A stretch of 64,000 bases of DNA from Alphaproteobacteria bacterium (GTDB lineage Bacteria; Pseudomonadota; Alphaproteobacteria; RF32; CAG-239), in assembly GCA_045659785.1 (NCBI GenBank), contig JAZRCM010000003.1, positions 31,982-95,981 on the forward strand. Direction: 5' to 3'. Below, piece after piece: positions 20,308 to 31,205 of this stretch (its first letter is position 1; each line of letters opens with the position of its first letter). The translations under genes and the position numbers were made by a program. The notes beneath the pieces were generated by a model. It was not told the DNA's origin. It was given only the letters and a program-made list of their open reading frames with translations, and searched no databases.

Positions 20308-21249
20308 ATGAAAATAGGAATTATAGGAGCCGGAGGAGTAGGAAGCTCAACCGCCTTTGCACTGATTATGCGAGGCGTTGCAAGAAAAGTTGTCTTAATC
20401 GACCAAAATCAGTCAAGAGCAGAAGCTGAAGCCGAAGATATTGCTCACGCAACACCATTTGCTTATGCCAACAAAATAAAAGCAGGAAAATACGAAGATT
20501 TGAAAAATGCCGAAGTAGTAATTATTACTGCCGGAGCCAATCAAAAACCCGGACAAACCCGAAATGATTTATTGGCAACTAATGTTAAAATTTTTGAAAG
20601 CATAATCCCTGAAATAAAAAAATATGCCCCTAATACTATTTTATTAATTGCAACAAATCCTGTTGACGTTATGACCAAAGTTGCGCTTAAAATTTCAGAC
20701 TTTCCCGATAACAGAGTTTTCGGAAGCGGCACAGTGCTAGACACTGCTCGTTTTCGCACTTTGTTAGGCTATCATTTAGGAGTATCTCCAAAATCCATTC
20801 ACGCTAATGTCGTCGGTGAACATGGGGATAGCGAAGTACTTATATGGTCAAATGCTGATGCCGGCACGGTTCAAATTGAACAACTGGCTAAAGATATAAA
20901 CAAGCCTCTGACCGAAGAAATTAAGTCAGAAATAGATAACAATGTTCGCAATGCCGCATATCATATAATAAACGGCAAAGGTTCGACAACTTTCGGAATT
21001 GCAGGCGCATTAACCAGAATATGTCAAGCTATCGGCTCAAACGAATATGCAATTTTAAATGTATCTTCTCATCATGAAGAAGTTGAAAACATAAAAGACA
21101 TTTGCATATCACTTCCCTGCATAATCGGGAAAAGAGGTATTCACAGCAAAATTTACCCTACTTTTTCAGACGATGAGCATAAATTGATAGAAAAAAGTGT
21201 ACGCACCGTAAAACAGTTTACGGACATAGCTGTTGAAAATGTGAAATAA
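20308..21249 (+). CDS. ldh: L-lactate dehydrogenase (LDH/MDH family, Gln at the specificity position in AGANQKPGQTR)
   Basis: GAGGVGS Rossmann motif and GEHGDS. The Q rather than R in the substrate-specificity loop suggests LDH. Confidence 0.75.
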   Translation: MKIGIIGAGGVGSSTAFALIMRGVARKVVLIDQNQSRAEAEAEDIAHATPFAYANKIKAGKYEDLKNAEVVIITAGANQKPGQTRNDLLATNVKIFESIIPEIKKYAPNTILLIATNPVDVMTKVALKISDFPDNRVFGSGTVLDTARFRTLLGYHLGVSPKSIHANVVGEHGDSEVLIWSNADAGTVQIEQLAKDINKPLTEEIKSEIDNNVRNAAYHIINGKGSTTFGIAGALTRICQAIGSNEYAILNVSSHHEEVENIKDICISLPCIIGKRGIHSKIYPTFSDDEHKLIEKSVRTVKQFTDIAVENVK

Positions 21250-21299
21250 GAAAAAGGTGTCACTTCTGAAGTGGCACCTTTTTAACAATCAAGATTAGC

Positions 21300-21788
21300 T
21301 TAAACAGGATGCAATTCCAAGTAATAAGCTTGTGTTCTTCTATCGGCTTTAATAAGAAACTCTTTATATACTTCGTCACAAAACTTAAAAATTTTGATAA
21401 AACGACGAATATCTTCATTTTTTCTTTTAAGCAGATGTTTTTGAGCAAGTACTCCCGGACAATGAGCATACTTATAGTAAAGGCGGCTCAGGTCGGAATT
21501 TTCAACAATCAGCGATTCGTTTTTCTCATGGCAACTACACTCACGAAAATAAACCTCTTGCAAATCGCGACGATGAGATTCAAGCAACTTTCTTTCGTCT
21601 TCAAGTTTAAGCTGACCATGTACTTTCACATAGTGTTCAAATTTTTCAGCTCCACGATGAATTCGAGGCTTTAATAACTCAGCGATTGCCTTGCTTTTTA
21701 ATCTAAATTCATTCGTATAACGAACAAATTCAATCAAACTATCTCGTCTTACAAGATCAATTTGATTATCTAAAGTTTTAACGTCCAT
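21300..21788 (-). CDS. Hypothetical protein (162 aa), basic, contains a CSCH..HCP cluster
   Basis: ORF only. Confidence 0.35.
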   Translation of the reverse strand: MDVKTLDNQIDLVRRDSLIEFVRYTNEFRLKSKAIAELLKPRIHRGAEKFEHYVKVHGQLKLEDERKLLESHRRDLQEVYFRECSCHEKNESLIVENSDLSRLYYKYAHCPGVLAQKHLLKRKNEDIRRFIKIFKFCDEVYKEFLIKADRRTQAYYLELHPV

Positions 21789-21918
21789 AATTAAGTGAAT
21801 AATTGTTTAGGTAATTACAGTTTACTAAAAATATTCTTATATATCAAGATATTTTATTATTGAAAATTAATACTTTTGATAGTAGAATATACGCAGTAAA
21901 TATGTGGGAGAATATTTC

Positions 21919-22377
21919 ATGAATAACCTCATTAAAACTGCATTAATATTGTCAGTTGCTCTTTTTACCTCTAATGCCGATGCCGGAGTACGTTTTTTAG
22001 TTGATTCTTCGACACATACTCATAGAGATGCATTAAAGGGAGACAGCGGACTTAAGATAAAAAAAATGTGTAACAATAGAGGATATACCAAAACAAACTG
22101 TAAGCGTAATGAAGTTGCTTTAGAGTTCTGCCCGCAAAACAGTTCATATTTCAGATATTGTTGCCCTGAAGGATTTTCTTCCACCAAAGAAGAATGCTAC
22201 GATGCAGGTATGAAACCAGGTAGCAGAAGTTGTCACGGATATTATCGTTGTGAAACGCCGGAAGAAGCATCTGAAAAAGAAGATTATACATATGATTATG
22301 ACGGATACTACGAAGAGGATGATTCCAACAGAAGAGAGCGAGCATATCCGACAATCAGAACTCAACAGATACAATAA
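21919..22377 (+). CDS. Secreted cysteine-rich protein with an acidic Tyr/Asp/Glu-rich C-terminal tail
   Basis: Signal peptide (MNNLIKTALILSVALFTSNADA), 12 Cys residues, C-terminal DYTYDYDGYYEEDD. A strong bidirectional terminator lies at 22381..22413. Confidence 0.55.
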   Translation: MNNLIKTALILSVALFTSNADAGVRFLVDSSTHTHRDALKGDSGLKIKKMCNNRGYTKTNCKRNEVALEFCPQNSSYFRYCCPEGFSSTKEECYDAGMKPGSRSCHGYYRCETPEEASEKEDYTYDYDGYYEEDDSNRRERAYPTIRTQQIQ

Positions 22378-22432
22378 CAAAAAAAATCTCCGGAAATTCC
22401 GGAGATTTTTTTTGAAAGTTTTTTAGAACAGA

Positions 22433-22639
22433 CTAGAATCCTTCTGTATCTAAACGTTTGCGAAGTTGCTTACGTGATCTGCGAATAGCTTCAGCCTGAC
22501 GACGAGCCTTTTTCTCACAGTTCTTTTCATGACAACGTCTCAGCTTCATTTCACGGAAAATACCTTCGCGTTGCATTTTCTTTTTCAACACTTTCAAAGA
22601 CTGACCGACATCATTACCGATAACAGTAACTTGAACCAC
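22433..22639 (-). CDS. rpsU: 30S ribosomal protein S21
   Basis: MVQVTV...REGIFREMK...[15 protein letters not shown] matches S21. Confidence 0.9.
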   Translation of the reverse strand: MVQVTVIGNDVGQSLKVLKKKMQREGIFREMKLRRCHEKNCEKKARRQAEAIRRSRKQLRKRLDTEGF

Positions 22640-22719
22640 TTAAATCACCTCTTTTCAACTTCAATAAATTGTTAAAACTAAGCCTTGTTATCATACAAAA
22701 TTTTAAATTGCAACAATTA

Positions 22720-22932
22720 TTATGCAATAATGTTCGGCATAATACGAGCTTCTACGGTTGCTATTTTCTTTTTAACACCGCTACGTAGAGCATTAAGCTG
22801 TTTAGCCTTTGCAAAATCAATCATATTGTTGCGAGCCACCAAATGGCGAATATCAGAACACACACGTCTTTCCTCCAACTTCAATTCACAAAGCTGAAGT
22901 TGCAGTTTACTGATATTGTCGTTTTTTATCAT
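22720..22932 (-). CDS. Small coiled-coil protein, DUF465/YdcH-like
   Basis: 70 aa helical protein. Weak family guess. Confidence 0.3.
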   Translation of the reverse strand: MIKNDNISKLQLQLCELKLEERRVCSDIRHLVARNNMIDFAKAKQLNALRSGVKKKIATVEARIMPNIIA

Positions 22933-23074
22933 ATTTTGTAGTTCCTATATTAAAAACATAAATAAATTTTTGATAACCAAAAAATTTTACTGGAAATTTT
23001 CATGTAAAATTTGTATTGAAATGTATCATATTTATGGTAATAAATCAACCTATAAAATTAAATAGGAGTCAAAA

Positions 23075-24151
23075 ATGAATAAAACTAAAAGAATCGGTAT
23101 TTTAACAAGCGGCGGAGACTGTGCCGGTCTTAATGCAGTAATTCGCTCTGTTGTAAACGCAGCCACAATGAAAGGTTGGGAGGTTTATGGCATCAAATTC
23201 GGAACAGACGGTTTAACCAATCGCCCGCTACAATACGAAGTACTAACCCAAGACAACTTTTCCAACACCCCATGGCCTCGTTTAAGCGGTTCTTATTTAG
23301 GTTCATTAAATAGTGGTGTCAAACTCGACTCAATGGAAACCCTATCCAAAAAATTCGGCGAAGGAGCTCGTGAATTAGGGCTTGACGCTTTGGTTGTTGT
23401 CGGTGGTGATGGCTCCATGAATATTGTCAGCAACTATTGTCACATGGCCGGTATCAAAATGGTAGGTATTCCGAAAACCATTGATAACGATACTCCTATT
23501 ACCGATTCGTCTGTCGGTTTTGCAACAGCTTGCCAAGTTTGTACCGAAGCTTTGGATAGCCTTTTGTTAACAGCTCGTTCACACAACCGAGCTTTGATAT
23601 TGGAAGTTATGGGACGTGATGCCGGTCACTTGGCTATGCACTCTGCTCTCGCAGGCATGGCTGACGTTTGTTTGGTTCCGGAAATTCCCTATAAAATCGA
23701 TTCGATTATTGCAAAACTTAAATCCATTAAAGAATCCGGAAGAAATCATGCCCTCATCGTTGTTTCGGAAGGTGTAAAACGTGAAGACGGACAACATGTA
23801 TCTTCTGCAACCAACAAAATCGGTGAAACAGTTTATGGCGGCATCGGACATTATTTAAGTGCTGAATTAAATAAGCGTTATAAAGAATTTCAAACTCGTG
23901 TGACCTCTTTGGGACACACACAGCGTTCAGGCAATCCTTCTCCGATTGACCGAATTTTGGCTACAATGTTCGGTGCTAAAGCCGTTGAGCTTTTGGAAGA
24001 AGGAAAAACCAATCGTATGGTTGTATGGAAGAACAATGCAATTTCCGATTATGACATTGATGAAGTCGTAAAAGAAGGAACAACATTACTTGACCCGAAC
24101 AGCGATTATGTAAAAGCAGCTCGTGCTACAGGAATGTACGTTGGAGAATAA
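23075..24151 (+). CDS. pfkA: 6-phosphofructokinase (GGDGS, so probably ATP-dependent)
   Basis: GILTSGGDCAGLNAVIRSVV, GGDGS and MGR motifs. Confidence 0.85.
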   Translation: MNKTKRIGILTSGGDCAGLNAVIRSVVNAATMKGWEVYGIKFGTDGLTNRPLQYEVLTQDNFSNTPWPRLSGSYLGSLNSGVKLDSMETLSKKFGEGARELGLDALVVVGGDGSMNIVSNYCHMAGIKMVGIPKTIDNDTPITDSSVGFATACQVCTEALDSLLLTARSHNRALILEVMGRDAGHLAMHSALAGMADVCLVPEIPYKIDSIIAKLKSIKESGRNHALIVVSEGVKREDGQHVSSATNKIGETVYGGIGHYLSAELNKRYKEFQTRVTSLGHTQRSGNPSPIDRILATMFGAKAVELLEEGKTNRMVVWKNNAISDYDIDEVVKEGTTLLDPNSDYVKAARATGMYVGE

Positions 24152-24185
24152 AAACTTTCTTAAGCAACTAAAGAGCCTGATTTAA

Positions 24186-24644
24186 TCAGGCTCTTTTTAA
24201 TGCATCTAAAAATCCTTGCAAAATATACGATGCAGCGGAAGCATCCAAAACTTTTTTACGTTTTCCTCGTGACATATCAACTTCTTTTATCAAAAAGCTC
24301 TCAACTGCGGAAGAAGATAAACGTTCATCCCAAAAAGCACAAGGAAGACCAAATTCTCTTTCCAATTCTGCGGCAAATTTTCTCACTTCTCCGGCGACCT
24401 CACCTTCCTCTCCGTTCATTTGCAAAGGAAGCCCGAACACCATACCGCCGATTTCTTTATCTTCGATAATTTTTCTGATTTGAGCCAAATCTCGCACCTT
24501 ATTTTCTCGATAAATTATGGTATATGAACTCGCAATGGTTAGTGTTAAATCCGATACGGCAACACCTAATCTTTTGGTTCCGAAATCAAAACCGATAAGA
24601 GCTTTTTTAGCGGGCAATTTTTGTTTAAAATCCGTTAAATCCAT
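24186..24644 (-). CDS. ruvX: Putative pre-16S rRNA nuclease / Holliday junction resolvase-like YqgF
   Basis: LIGFDFGTKRLGVAVSD N-terminus. Confidence 0.85.
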   Translation of the reverse strand: MDLTDFKQKLPAKKALIGFDFGTKRLGVAVSDLTLTIASSYTIIYRENKVRDLAQIRKIIEDKEIGGMVFGLPLQMNGEEGEVAGEVRKFAAELEREFGLPCAFWDERLSSSAVESFLIKEVDMSRGKRKKVLDASAASYILQGFLDALKRA

Positions 24645-24734
24645 AACTTTTCCTTTATACTGCTAATGAAATTTTAACAATATTATACTATCTTGTATGG
24701 CAAGTAAATTTAAATTTTTGAAAGTATCGAAATA

Positions 24735-26048
24735 ATGAAAAAGTTTTCTTTTTTATGCTTAATTTTAACAATGATAACCCTTACCGCAAAAGCCGAACTC
24801 ACTATTGATGTAAACGGAGCTATGCGTGATCCTATGCCATTGGCTATCGCAGAGATGGTCAGCTCTACTCCCAGCGCTGAAAACTATGGCGAAAAAATTC
24901 GTGAGGTTGTTATTGCCGACTTGGAACGTTCGGGATTATTCCGCATAATATCAGAAAAAAGCTATATTCAAAAATTTAAATCCATTGATGAAATGCCTAC
25001 CTTCACAGACTGGCAAGCCATAAATGCTCTCGGATTGGTACAAAGTGCTATTACCGAAACATCTCCGACAACTCTTAAAATTGAATTTCGTTTGTGGGAT
25101 GTTTTTTCGGAAGAGCAGCTTAAAGGACAGTCTTTCTCAACCGAAAAAGATAACTGGCGCAGAGTTGCTCACGTAATTGCCGATGCCATTTACGAACAAC
25201 TCACCGGCGAAAAAGGTTATTTTGATACTCGCGTGGTTTATATTTCCGAAAGCGGACCGGCAACACGCCGAGTAAAAAGACTCGCCATAATGGATCAAGA
25301 CGGAGAAAATCATAAATTTTTAACCAGTGGTGCCTCTATGGCTTTAACCCCACGTTTTTCTCCGAATTTGCAAAAAGTAACCTATTTATCTTATGCGGGA
25401 GAAACTCCAAAAGTTTATATTTTGGATATTGAAACCGGCAAACAAAAATTAGTCGGACATTTCAAAGGAATGACCTTCGCTCCCGTATTTTCTCCGGACA
25501 GTACCAAGCTGTTGTTAAGTTATGCTCAAAATGGTGTTACCAATATCTATGAAATGGATATGAATTCCGGCACAACAAAACAATTAACCAACTCATCAGC
25601 TATTGATACCTCTCCGAGTTATTCTCCGGACGGCAAAAAAATTGTTTTCAATTCTGACAGAGGAGGAAATCAACAGCTTTATGTAATGAACTCTGACGGA
25701 AGTGATGTAAAAAGAATCAGCTTCGGACAAGGACGTTATGCAACTCCGGTATGGTCACCGAGAGGGGACTATATTGCCTTTACTAAACTTGCAAACGGAC
25801 AGTTTTATATCGGAGTTATGTATCCTGACGGTAGCGGAGAACGTTTAATTACCAGCGGATATTTGGTAGAAGCTCCGGTTTGGGCTCCTAACGGTCGTGT
25901 TTTGATGTACTTCCGTCAAGAAGCTCCTTCGGGAAGAACTACTGCTCCGGTAAAACTTTATACGATAGACTTGACCGGTTATAATGAAAGAATGATTATA
26001 ACTCCGGCCGATGCATCGGACCCGGCTTGGTCTCCATTATTACCATAA
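24735..26048 (+). CDS. tolB: Tol-Pal system periplasmic protein TolB
   Basis: Signal peptide, TolB N-terminal domain, beta-propeller repeats ([27 protein letters not shown]). Confidence 0.9.
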   Translation: MKKFSFLCLILTMITLTAKAELTIDVNGAMRDPMPLAIAEMVSSTPSAENYGEKIREVVIADLERSGLFRIISEKSYIQKFKSIDEMPTFTDWQAINALGLVQSAITETSPTTLKIEFRLWDVFSEEQLKGQSFSTEKDNWRRVAHVIADAIYEQLTGEKGYFDTRVVYISESGPATRRVKRLAIMDQDGENHKFLTSGASMALTPRFSPNLQKVTYLSYAGETPKVYILDIETGKQKLVGHFKGMTFAPVFSPDSTKLLLSYAQNGVTNIYEMDMNSGTTKQLTNSSAIDTSPSYSPDGKKIVFNSDRGGNQQLYVMNSDGSDVKRISFGQGRYATPVWSPRGDYIAFTKLANGQFYIGVMYPDGSGERLITSGYLVEAPVWAPNGRVLMYFRQEAPSGRTTAPVKLYTIDLTGYNERMIITPADASDPAWSPLLP

Positions 26049-26120
26049 ACTAAAAAACTCGGGAATTTATTCCCGAGTTTTTTATATAGAAAAAGCTCCG
26101 AAATAACGGAGCTTTTTAAT

Positions 26121-26246
26121 CTATACACAACATTAGCAGATTATCCCTGACAAGCTTTGTACTTCGGGTTCTTCTTATTAATGATGAAAATGCGACCTTT
26201 ACGACGAACAATCTTGCAGTCCTTATCGCGATTTTTCTTTGATTTT
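26121..26246 (-). CDS. rpmJ: 50S ribosomal protein L36, zinc-independent alpha-type (41 aa: [41 protein letters not shown])
   Basis: Translated by hand from the minus strand. Not in the ORF track because it is under 60 aa. Resembles alphaproteobacterial L36 (MKIRNSLKSLK...VIRRRGR..VINK.N.R.KARQG). Confidence 0.8.
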
Positions 26247-26412
26247 AACGAACTAAACAATTTCATAACACATTTCCTTTATCACAATGTTTTGCTGCAA
26301 CTTATGATAAAAGTAATCATTTGTCAACCATATTTTTGTTAAATGGTAAAGAATATTTGCAAAGTAAAATATTTTACATATAATCAAGACAAGACAACAT
26401 CGAGGAAACAAA

Positions 26413-27066
26413 ATGAAAAAATTTTTAATTTTTACAATATTCGCACTTTTAAGCTCTAATGCCAATGCTCAAATCAGCTCCACTCCGAGTTATATAGAAG
26501 AAATGAAAGCACTGGGAAACGTTTCCGGAACGGGCATGGCTTGCGGAGCATCAAAATTTGCCACTTTTGAAATGTTGGCAAGAGCAATTTTAATAACCAA
26601 AGCTGCTAGTGATAAAAACCAAGAAGAAGGAATGATTGCATACAATACGGCAAAAGCAGATGCTTTTTTAGCTAAACAGGCAGACGGAATGTATAATTGC
26701 GACGAATTGAATGCTCGTTTTAATAATCAAAAAATATTCAAGACCAAGCTTTATGCCGACGGAACAATAAAAATGTATGACGGAAAAGTTTTTTATCCTC
26801 GCCATGCTTATGATGCTACAATGTTAAGAGATGATGAAAATCTTAACCGATATGATGCGGTAAAAATTTATGAAAAAGCAAAAAATAAAAGTAAAGGTCA
26901 GAAAAAATCAGCTACAAGTGAGGACGGAACAGATATTGCTATAAAAAAAGCAAATAAACCTAACCCTACAAATGCTCAACCTCTGCAATCATCTGCCGTT
27001 AGAGCATCTGAATTCAGAAACACTGATGATGGCGGAATCGGCCACATCAGCAACAAAAGACGATAA
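26413..27066 (+). CDS. Secreted hypothetical protein (217 aa). Not Pal; no OmpA-like domain.
   Basis: Signal peptide MKKFLIFTIFALLSSNANA. Lys-rich C-terminal tail. Confidence 0.5.
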   Translation: MKKFLIFTIFALLSSNANAQISSTPSYIEEMKALGNVSGTGMACGASKFATFEMLARAILITKAASDKNQEEGMIAYNTAKADAFLAKQADGMYNCDELNARFNNQKIFKTKLYADGTIKMYDGKVFYPRHAYDATMLRDDENLNRYDAVKIYEKAKNKSKGQKKSATSEDGTDIAIKKANKPNPTNAQPLQSSAVRASEFRNTDDGGIGHISNKRR

Positions 27067-27104
27067 TATTAATTTTAACACTTATTTAGGAGGCAAACAC
27101 CATT

Positions 27105-28784
27105 ATGGCGTCTTACCAATATATTTATGTAATGCAAAATCTTACCAAAGTTTTTCCGGGCGGCAAAGAACTGTTCAAAGGAATTACTTTATCATTTTTC
27201 CCCGGAGCAAAAATCGGTGTTCTTGGTGTCAATGGTGCCGGTAAATCTACCCTGTTAAAAATTATGGCCGGTGTCGATAAAGACTTTAACGGCGAAGCTT
27301 GGCCGGCAGAAGGTGTAAAAGTCGGATATTTGGAACAAGAACCGAAATTAGACCCGAATAAAAATGTTATCGAAAACATCATGGACGGTTTAGGCGAAAC
27401 CCGTGATTTGTTGAAACGTTACGAAGAAGTTTCAATGAAATTTGCCGAACCTATGACTGATGATGAAATGAATGCTCTCATTGAAGAACAAGCAGAACTT
27501 CAAGAAAAAATCGATGCTTGCAACGGTTGGGATTTAGAAAGAAGCATAAAAATTGCTATGGATGCCCTTCGTTGCCCTCCTGCAGAAAGCGATGTTACAA
27601 AACTTTCCGGTGGAGAAAAACGTCGTGTAGCTCTTTGTCGTTTGTTATTGCAAAAACCGGATATGTTGTTGTTAGACGAACCGACTAACCACTTAGATGC
27701 AGAATCCGTAGCATGGCTTGAAAAACATTTACAAAACTATAGCGGAACCGTTGTTATGGTAACTCACGACCGCTATTTCCTTGATAACGTTACCGGTTGG
27801 ATTCTTGAACTTGACAGAGGTCAAGGCATTCCTTATGAAGGCAACTATTCTTCTTGGTTGGAACAGAAACAAAAACGTCTTGAACAAGAAGAAAAAGAAG
27901 AATCCGCTCGTCAACGTACTTTAGCTAATGAGTTAGAATGGATTAGAAAAAATCCGAAAGCTCGTCAGGCTAAATCAAAAGCTCGTATCAATGCTTATGA
28001 TGAATTATTGCAGGCTTCTACAAAAGATAAAATTACCACCGCAAATATCAATATCCCGATGACCGAAAGATTAGGCGATTTGGTTATTGAAGCAGAACAT
28101 ATCTCTAAAGGATATGGCGACAGAATGCTCATTGATGACTTATCATTCAAAATTCCGAGAGGCGCTATCGTTGGTATTATTGGTCCTAACGGTGCCGGAA
28201 AAACCACTCTCTTCCGCATGATTACAGGACAAGAAGCTCCCGATTCGGGAACCATCAGACTTGGTGAAACCGTAGATTTGGGTTACGTTGACCAAGGTCG
28301 TGATGAACTGGACGCAAACAAAACCATTTGGGAAGAAATTTCCGATGGTTTGGATATGATAACATTGGGCAAAAAAGAATTTCCTTCACGTGCTTATGTA
28401 GGACAGTTCAACTTCAAAGGTGCAGACCAACAAAAGAAAGTAGGACAACTCTCCGGCGGTGAACGCAATCGTGTACACTTGGCAAAAATGCTCCGTAAAG
28501 GCGCAAACGTAATTTTGCTCGACGAACCTACCAATGACTTGGATGTTGATACCTTACGCTCCTTAGAAGAAGGAATTATGAATTATCCCGGTTGCGTATT
28601 GGTTACATCGCACGACCGTTGGTTCCTTGACCGTTTGGCAACTCATATTTTAGCCTATGAAGGAGATAGTAAAGTTGTATGGTTTGAAGGAAACTTTGAA
28701 GAATACGAAAAGGATAAAAAGGCTCGCTTAGGCGAAGATGCTTGTAATCCTCATGCTATCAAATATAAACCTTTGGAAAGATAA
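27105..28784 (+). CDS. ettA: Energy-dependent translational throttle protein EttA (ABC-F ATPase)
   Basis: Two ABC cassettes ([34 protein letters not shown] and [34 protein letters not shown]), ~555 aa. Confidence 0.9.
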   Translation: MASYQYIYVMQNLTKVFPGGKELFKGITLSFFPGAKIGVLGVNGAGKSTLLKIMAGVDKDFNGEAWPAEGVKVGYLEQEPKLDPNKNVIENIMDGLGETRDLLKRYEEVSMKFAEPMTDDEMNALIEEQAELQEKIDACNGWDLERSIKIAMDALRCPPAESDVTKLSGGEKRRVALCRLLLQKPDMLLLDEPTNHLDAESVAWLEKHLQNYSGTVVMVTHDRYFLDNVTGWILELDRGQGIPYEGNYSSWLEQKQKRLEQEEKEESARQRTLANELEWIRKNPKARQAKSKARINAYDELLQASTKDKITTANINIPMTERLGDLVIEAEHISKGYGDRMLIDDLSFKIPRGAIVGIIGPNGAGKTTLFRMITGQEAPDSGTIRLGETVDLGYVDQGRDELDANKTIWEEISDGLDMITLGKKEFPSRAYVGQFNFKGADQQKKVGQLSGGERNRVHLAKMLRKGANVILLDEPTNDLDVDTLRSLEEGIMNYPGCVLVTSHDRWFLDRLATHILAYEGDSKVVWFEGNFEEYEKDKKARLGEDACNPHAIKYKPLER

Positions 28785-28819
28785 AAAGAACGGGCGAGGA
28801 AAAATCCTCGCCCTTTTTG

Positions 28820-30625
28820 TTATTGTTCACCAATGCGTAACGCTTCAATAAATGCAGATTGCGGAATTTCCACTTTTCCGAATTGTCGCATACGAAGTTT
28901 ACCTTTCTTTTGCTTATCCAAAAGTTTGCGTTTACGAGTTATATCTCCGCCATAACATTTTGCGGTAACATCTTTACGTAGCGCAGAAATTGTTTCACGA
29001 GCAATAACTCTACCGCCGATAGCCGCTTGAATCGGAATTTTAAATAAGTGTCTGGGAATCAAATCTTTAAGTCTTTCACAAATTTGACGACCTCGAGATT
29101 CTGCTTGTGAACGGTGACACAAAAATGCTAAAGCATCTACCGGTTCTTCATTAATCAATATCTGAACTTTCACCAAATCAGAAACCTGGTGTCCTACAAT
29201 TTCATAATCGAAACTTGCATAACCGCTGGTTATAGATTTTAAGCGGTCATAAAAATCAAAAACTATCTCATTGAGCGGAACTTTATAAACAACCATTGCT
29301 CTTGAACCGACATAAGTCAACTCTTCTTGTACACCGCGACGATCATTACATAATTTCAATACTGCTCCTAAATATTCGTCAGGAACCATAATTGTAGCCC
29401 TAACAACCGGTTCTTCAATCGATGAAATCTGTGTCGGGTCCGGCATATCGGCAGGATTATGCAGAGTAATTTGCTGACCTGAAGTAAGATTTATATTATA
29501 AGCCACGGACGGAGCTGTGGTTATTAAATCTAAATCAAACTCTCTTCCTAATCTTTCTTGGATAATTTCCATGTGCAACAAGCCGAGAAAACCGCAACGG
29601 AAACCTAAACCTAAAGCAGCAGAGTTTTCATTTTGATAATCAATACTGGCATCGTTCAACTTTAATTTTGCAAGAGCATCTTTTAAGTTTTCATATTGAC
29701 TGCTGTCAACAGGAAAGATTGAACAAAACACCACCGGAACCGAAGGTTTAAATCCTTGCAAAGCCTCAGCACAAGGAGTTCTGTTATCCGTAATAGTATC
29801 ACCGATACTGCAATCACTCACACTCTTTATACTGGCAGTAATAAAACCGATTTCCCCCGGATATAACGCATCAACATCTTGCATTTTAGGTGTAAAAATG
29901 CCTACTTTATCAATTTGATAAACAGCATTATTTGACATCATTCTTATTTGTTGTTTTTTACGAATAATCCCGTCATGAACACGAACTAAAATGATAACTC
30001 CCAAATAGCTGTCATACCAACTGTCAATCAACAAAGCCTTCAGCGGATTTTCTGTATTTCCGGTCGGAGCAGGAAGTTTGTTCACAATAGCTTCCAGCAA
30101 ATCAGGTATTCCAAGTCCTGTTTTTCCGGAAGCTTCCACCGCATCAGAGGCATCAAGTCCTATAACATCTTCAATTTGTTGACGAACTTTATCCGGTTCC
30201 GCAGACGGTAAGTCTATTTTGTTTAAAACCGGAACAATTTCGTGATTATTATTTATTGAAAGATAAACATTGGCCAGAGTTTGTGCTTCTACACCTTGAG
30301 TTGCATCAACTACCAATACGGAGCCTTCACAAGATGCCAAAGAACGGCTTACCTCATAAGAAAAGTCAACGTGTCCGGGAGTATCCATCAAATTCAGTTG
30401 ATAATCTTTTCCGTCTTTAGCCTTATAATTCAAACGAACGGTTTGAGCCTTAATCGTTATACCTCTTTCACGTTCAATATCCATAGAATCAAGTACTTGC
30501 TCTTGCATTTCGCGTGAAGTCAACCCCCCGCAATATTCAATAATGCGGTCAGCAATGGTTGATTTTCCGTGGTCGATGTGAGCAATAATTGCGAAGTTAC
30601 GTATTAAACTTAAATCCTGAGCCAT
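28820..30625 (-). CDS. lepA: Elongation factor 4 (LepA)
   Basis: [21 protein letters not shown]1 motif plus a LepA-specific C-terminal domain. The true start is at [11 protein letters not shown]. Confidence 0.92.
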   Translation of the reverse strand: MAQDLSLIRNFAIIAHIDHGKSTIADRIIEYCGGLTSREMQEQVLDSMDIERERGITIKAQTVRLNYKAKDGKDYQLNLMDTPGHVDFSYEVSRSLASCEGSVLVVDATQGVEAQTLANVYLSINNNHEIVPVLNKIDLPSAEPDKVRQQIEDVIGLDASDAVEASGKTGLGIPDLLEAIVNKLPAPTGNTENPLKALLIDSWYDSYLGVIILVRVHDGIIRKKQQIRMMSNNAVYQIDKVGIFTPKMQDVDALYPGEIGFITASIKSVSDCSIGDTITDNRTPCAEALQGFKPSVPVVFCSIFPVDSSQYENLKDALAKLKLNDASIDYQNENSAALGLGFRCGFLGLLHMEIIQERLGREFDLDLITTAPSVAYNINLTSGQQITLHNPADMPDPTQISSIEEPVVRATIMVPDEYLGAVLKLCNDRRGVQEELTYVGSRAMVVYKVPLNEIVFDFYDRLKSITSGYASFDYEIVGHQVSDLVKVQILINEEPVDALAFLCHRSQAESRGRQICERLKDLIPRHLFKIPIQAAIGGRVIARETISALRKDVTAKCYGGDITRKRKLLDKQKKGKLRMRQFGKVEIPQSAFIEALRIGEQ

Positions 30626-30757
30626 ATCTTTCCTATTTTTTATCAAATTATTATTTGTATTCATAAATAGAATAAATTTTTAAGTAAAGCAATATATTAT
30701 TGATTATAATGCTTAAATATGATAATAATAAAATATAACAATCCCAGGAGGTGCCAA

Positions 30758-31195
30758 ATGAAAAAAATGATTGATATTGATTTTGGTTCGGCTCGTTATG
30801 ACGAATTGGTTGAACTTCGTTATAAAGTGTTGCTTGAGCCACTGGGGCTAAAGTTTCTTGATAAATATCGTGAAAATGAAATGAGTTATTTGCACATCGG
30901 CTGTATCGAAAGTTTAGATGACAAACTCGTCGGTGGTATGATGATGATACCTATTGATGACGAAGAAATCAGAATGATGCAAGTTGCCGTTGACGGAAAA
31001 TATCAAAGAGAAGGTGTCGGACACATGATGGTCGCTTATGCCGAGCAAAGAGCAAAAGAAGCCGGATATTCTCGTTTGATAATGCACGCAATGTTATCGG
31101 TGGTTCATTTCTATGAAAAACTTGGTTTTGAAGCCGAGGGAGATATTTTTGAAGAACACGGAATAACTTTTGTAAAAATGGTAAAATCTATTTAG
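30758..31195 (+). CDS. GNAT-family N-acetyltransferase
   Basis: QVAVDGKYQREGVGHMMVAYAEQRAKEAGYSRL acetyl-CoA-binding motif. Confidence 0.7.
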   Translation: MKKMIDIDFGSARYDELVELRYKVLLEPLGLKFLDKYRENEMSYLHIGCIESLDDKLVGGMMMIPIDDEEIRMMQVAVDGKYQREGVGHMMVAYAEQRAKEAGYSRLIMHAMLSVVHFYEKLGFEAEGDIFEEHGITFVKMVKSI

Positions 31196-31205
31196 GCAGA
31201 CGGAT

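Noticed and set aside
26157-26465. ORF-track entries 26157..26342 (+) and 26253..26465 (-)
   Set aside because: They overlap the well-supported minus-strand rpmJ and AT-rich intergenic DNA. They have no homology-like features.
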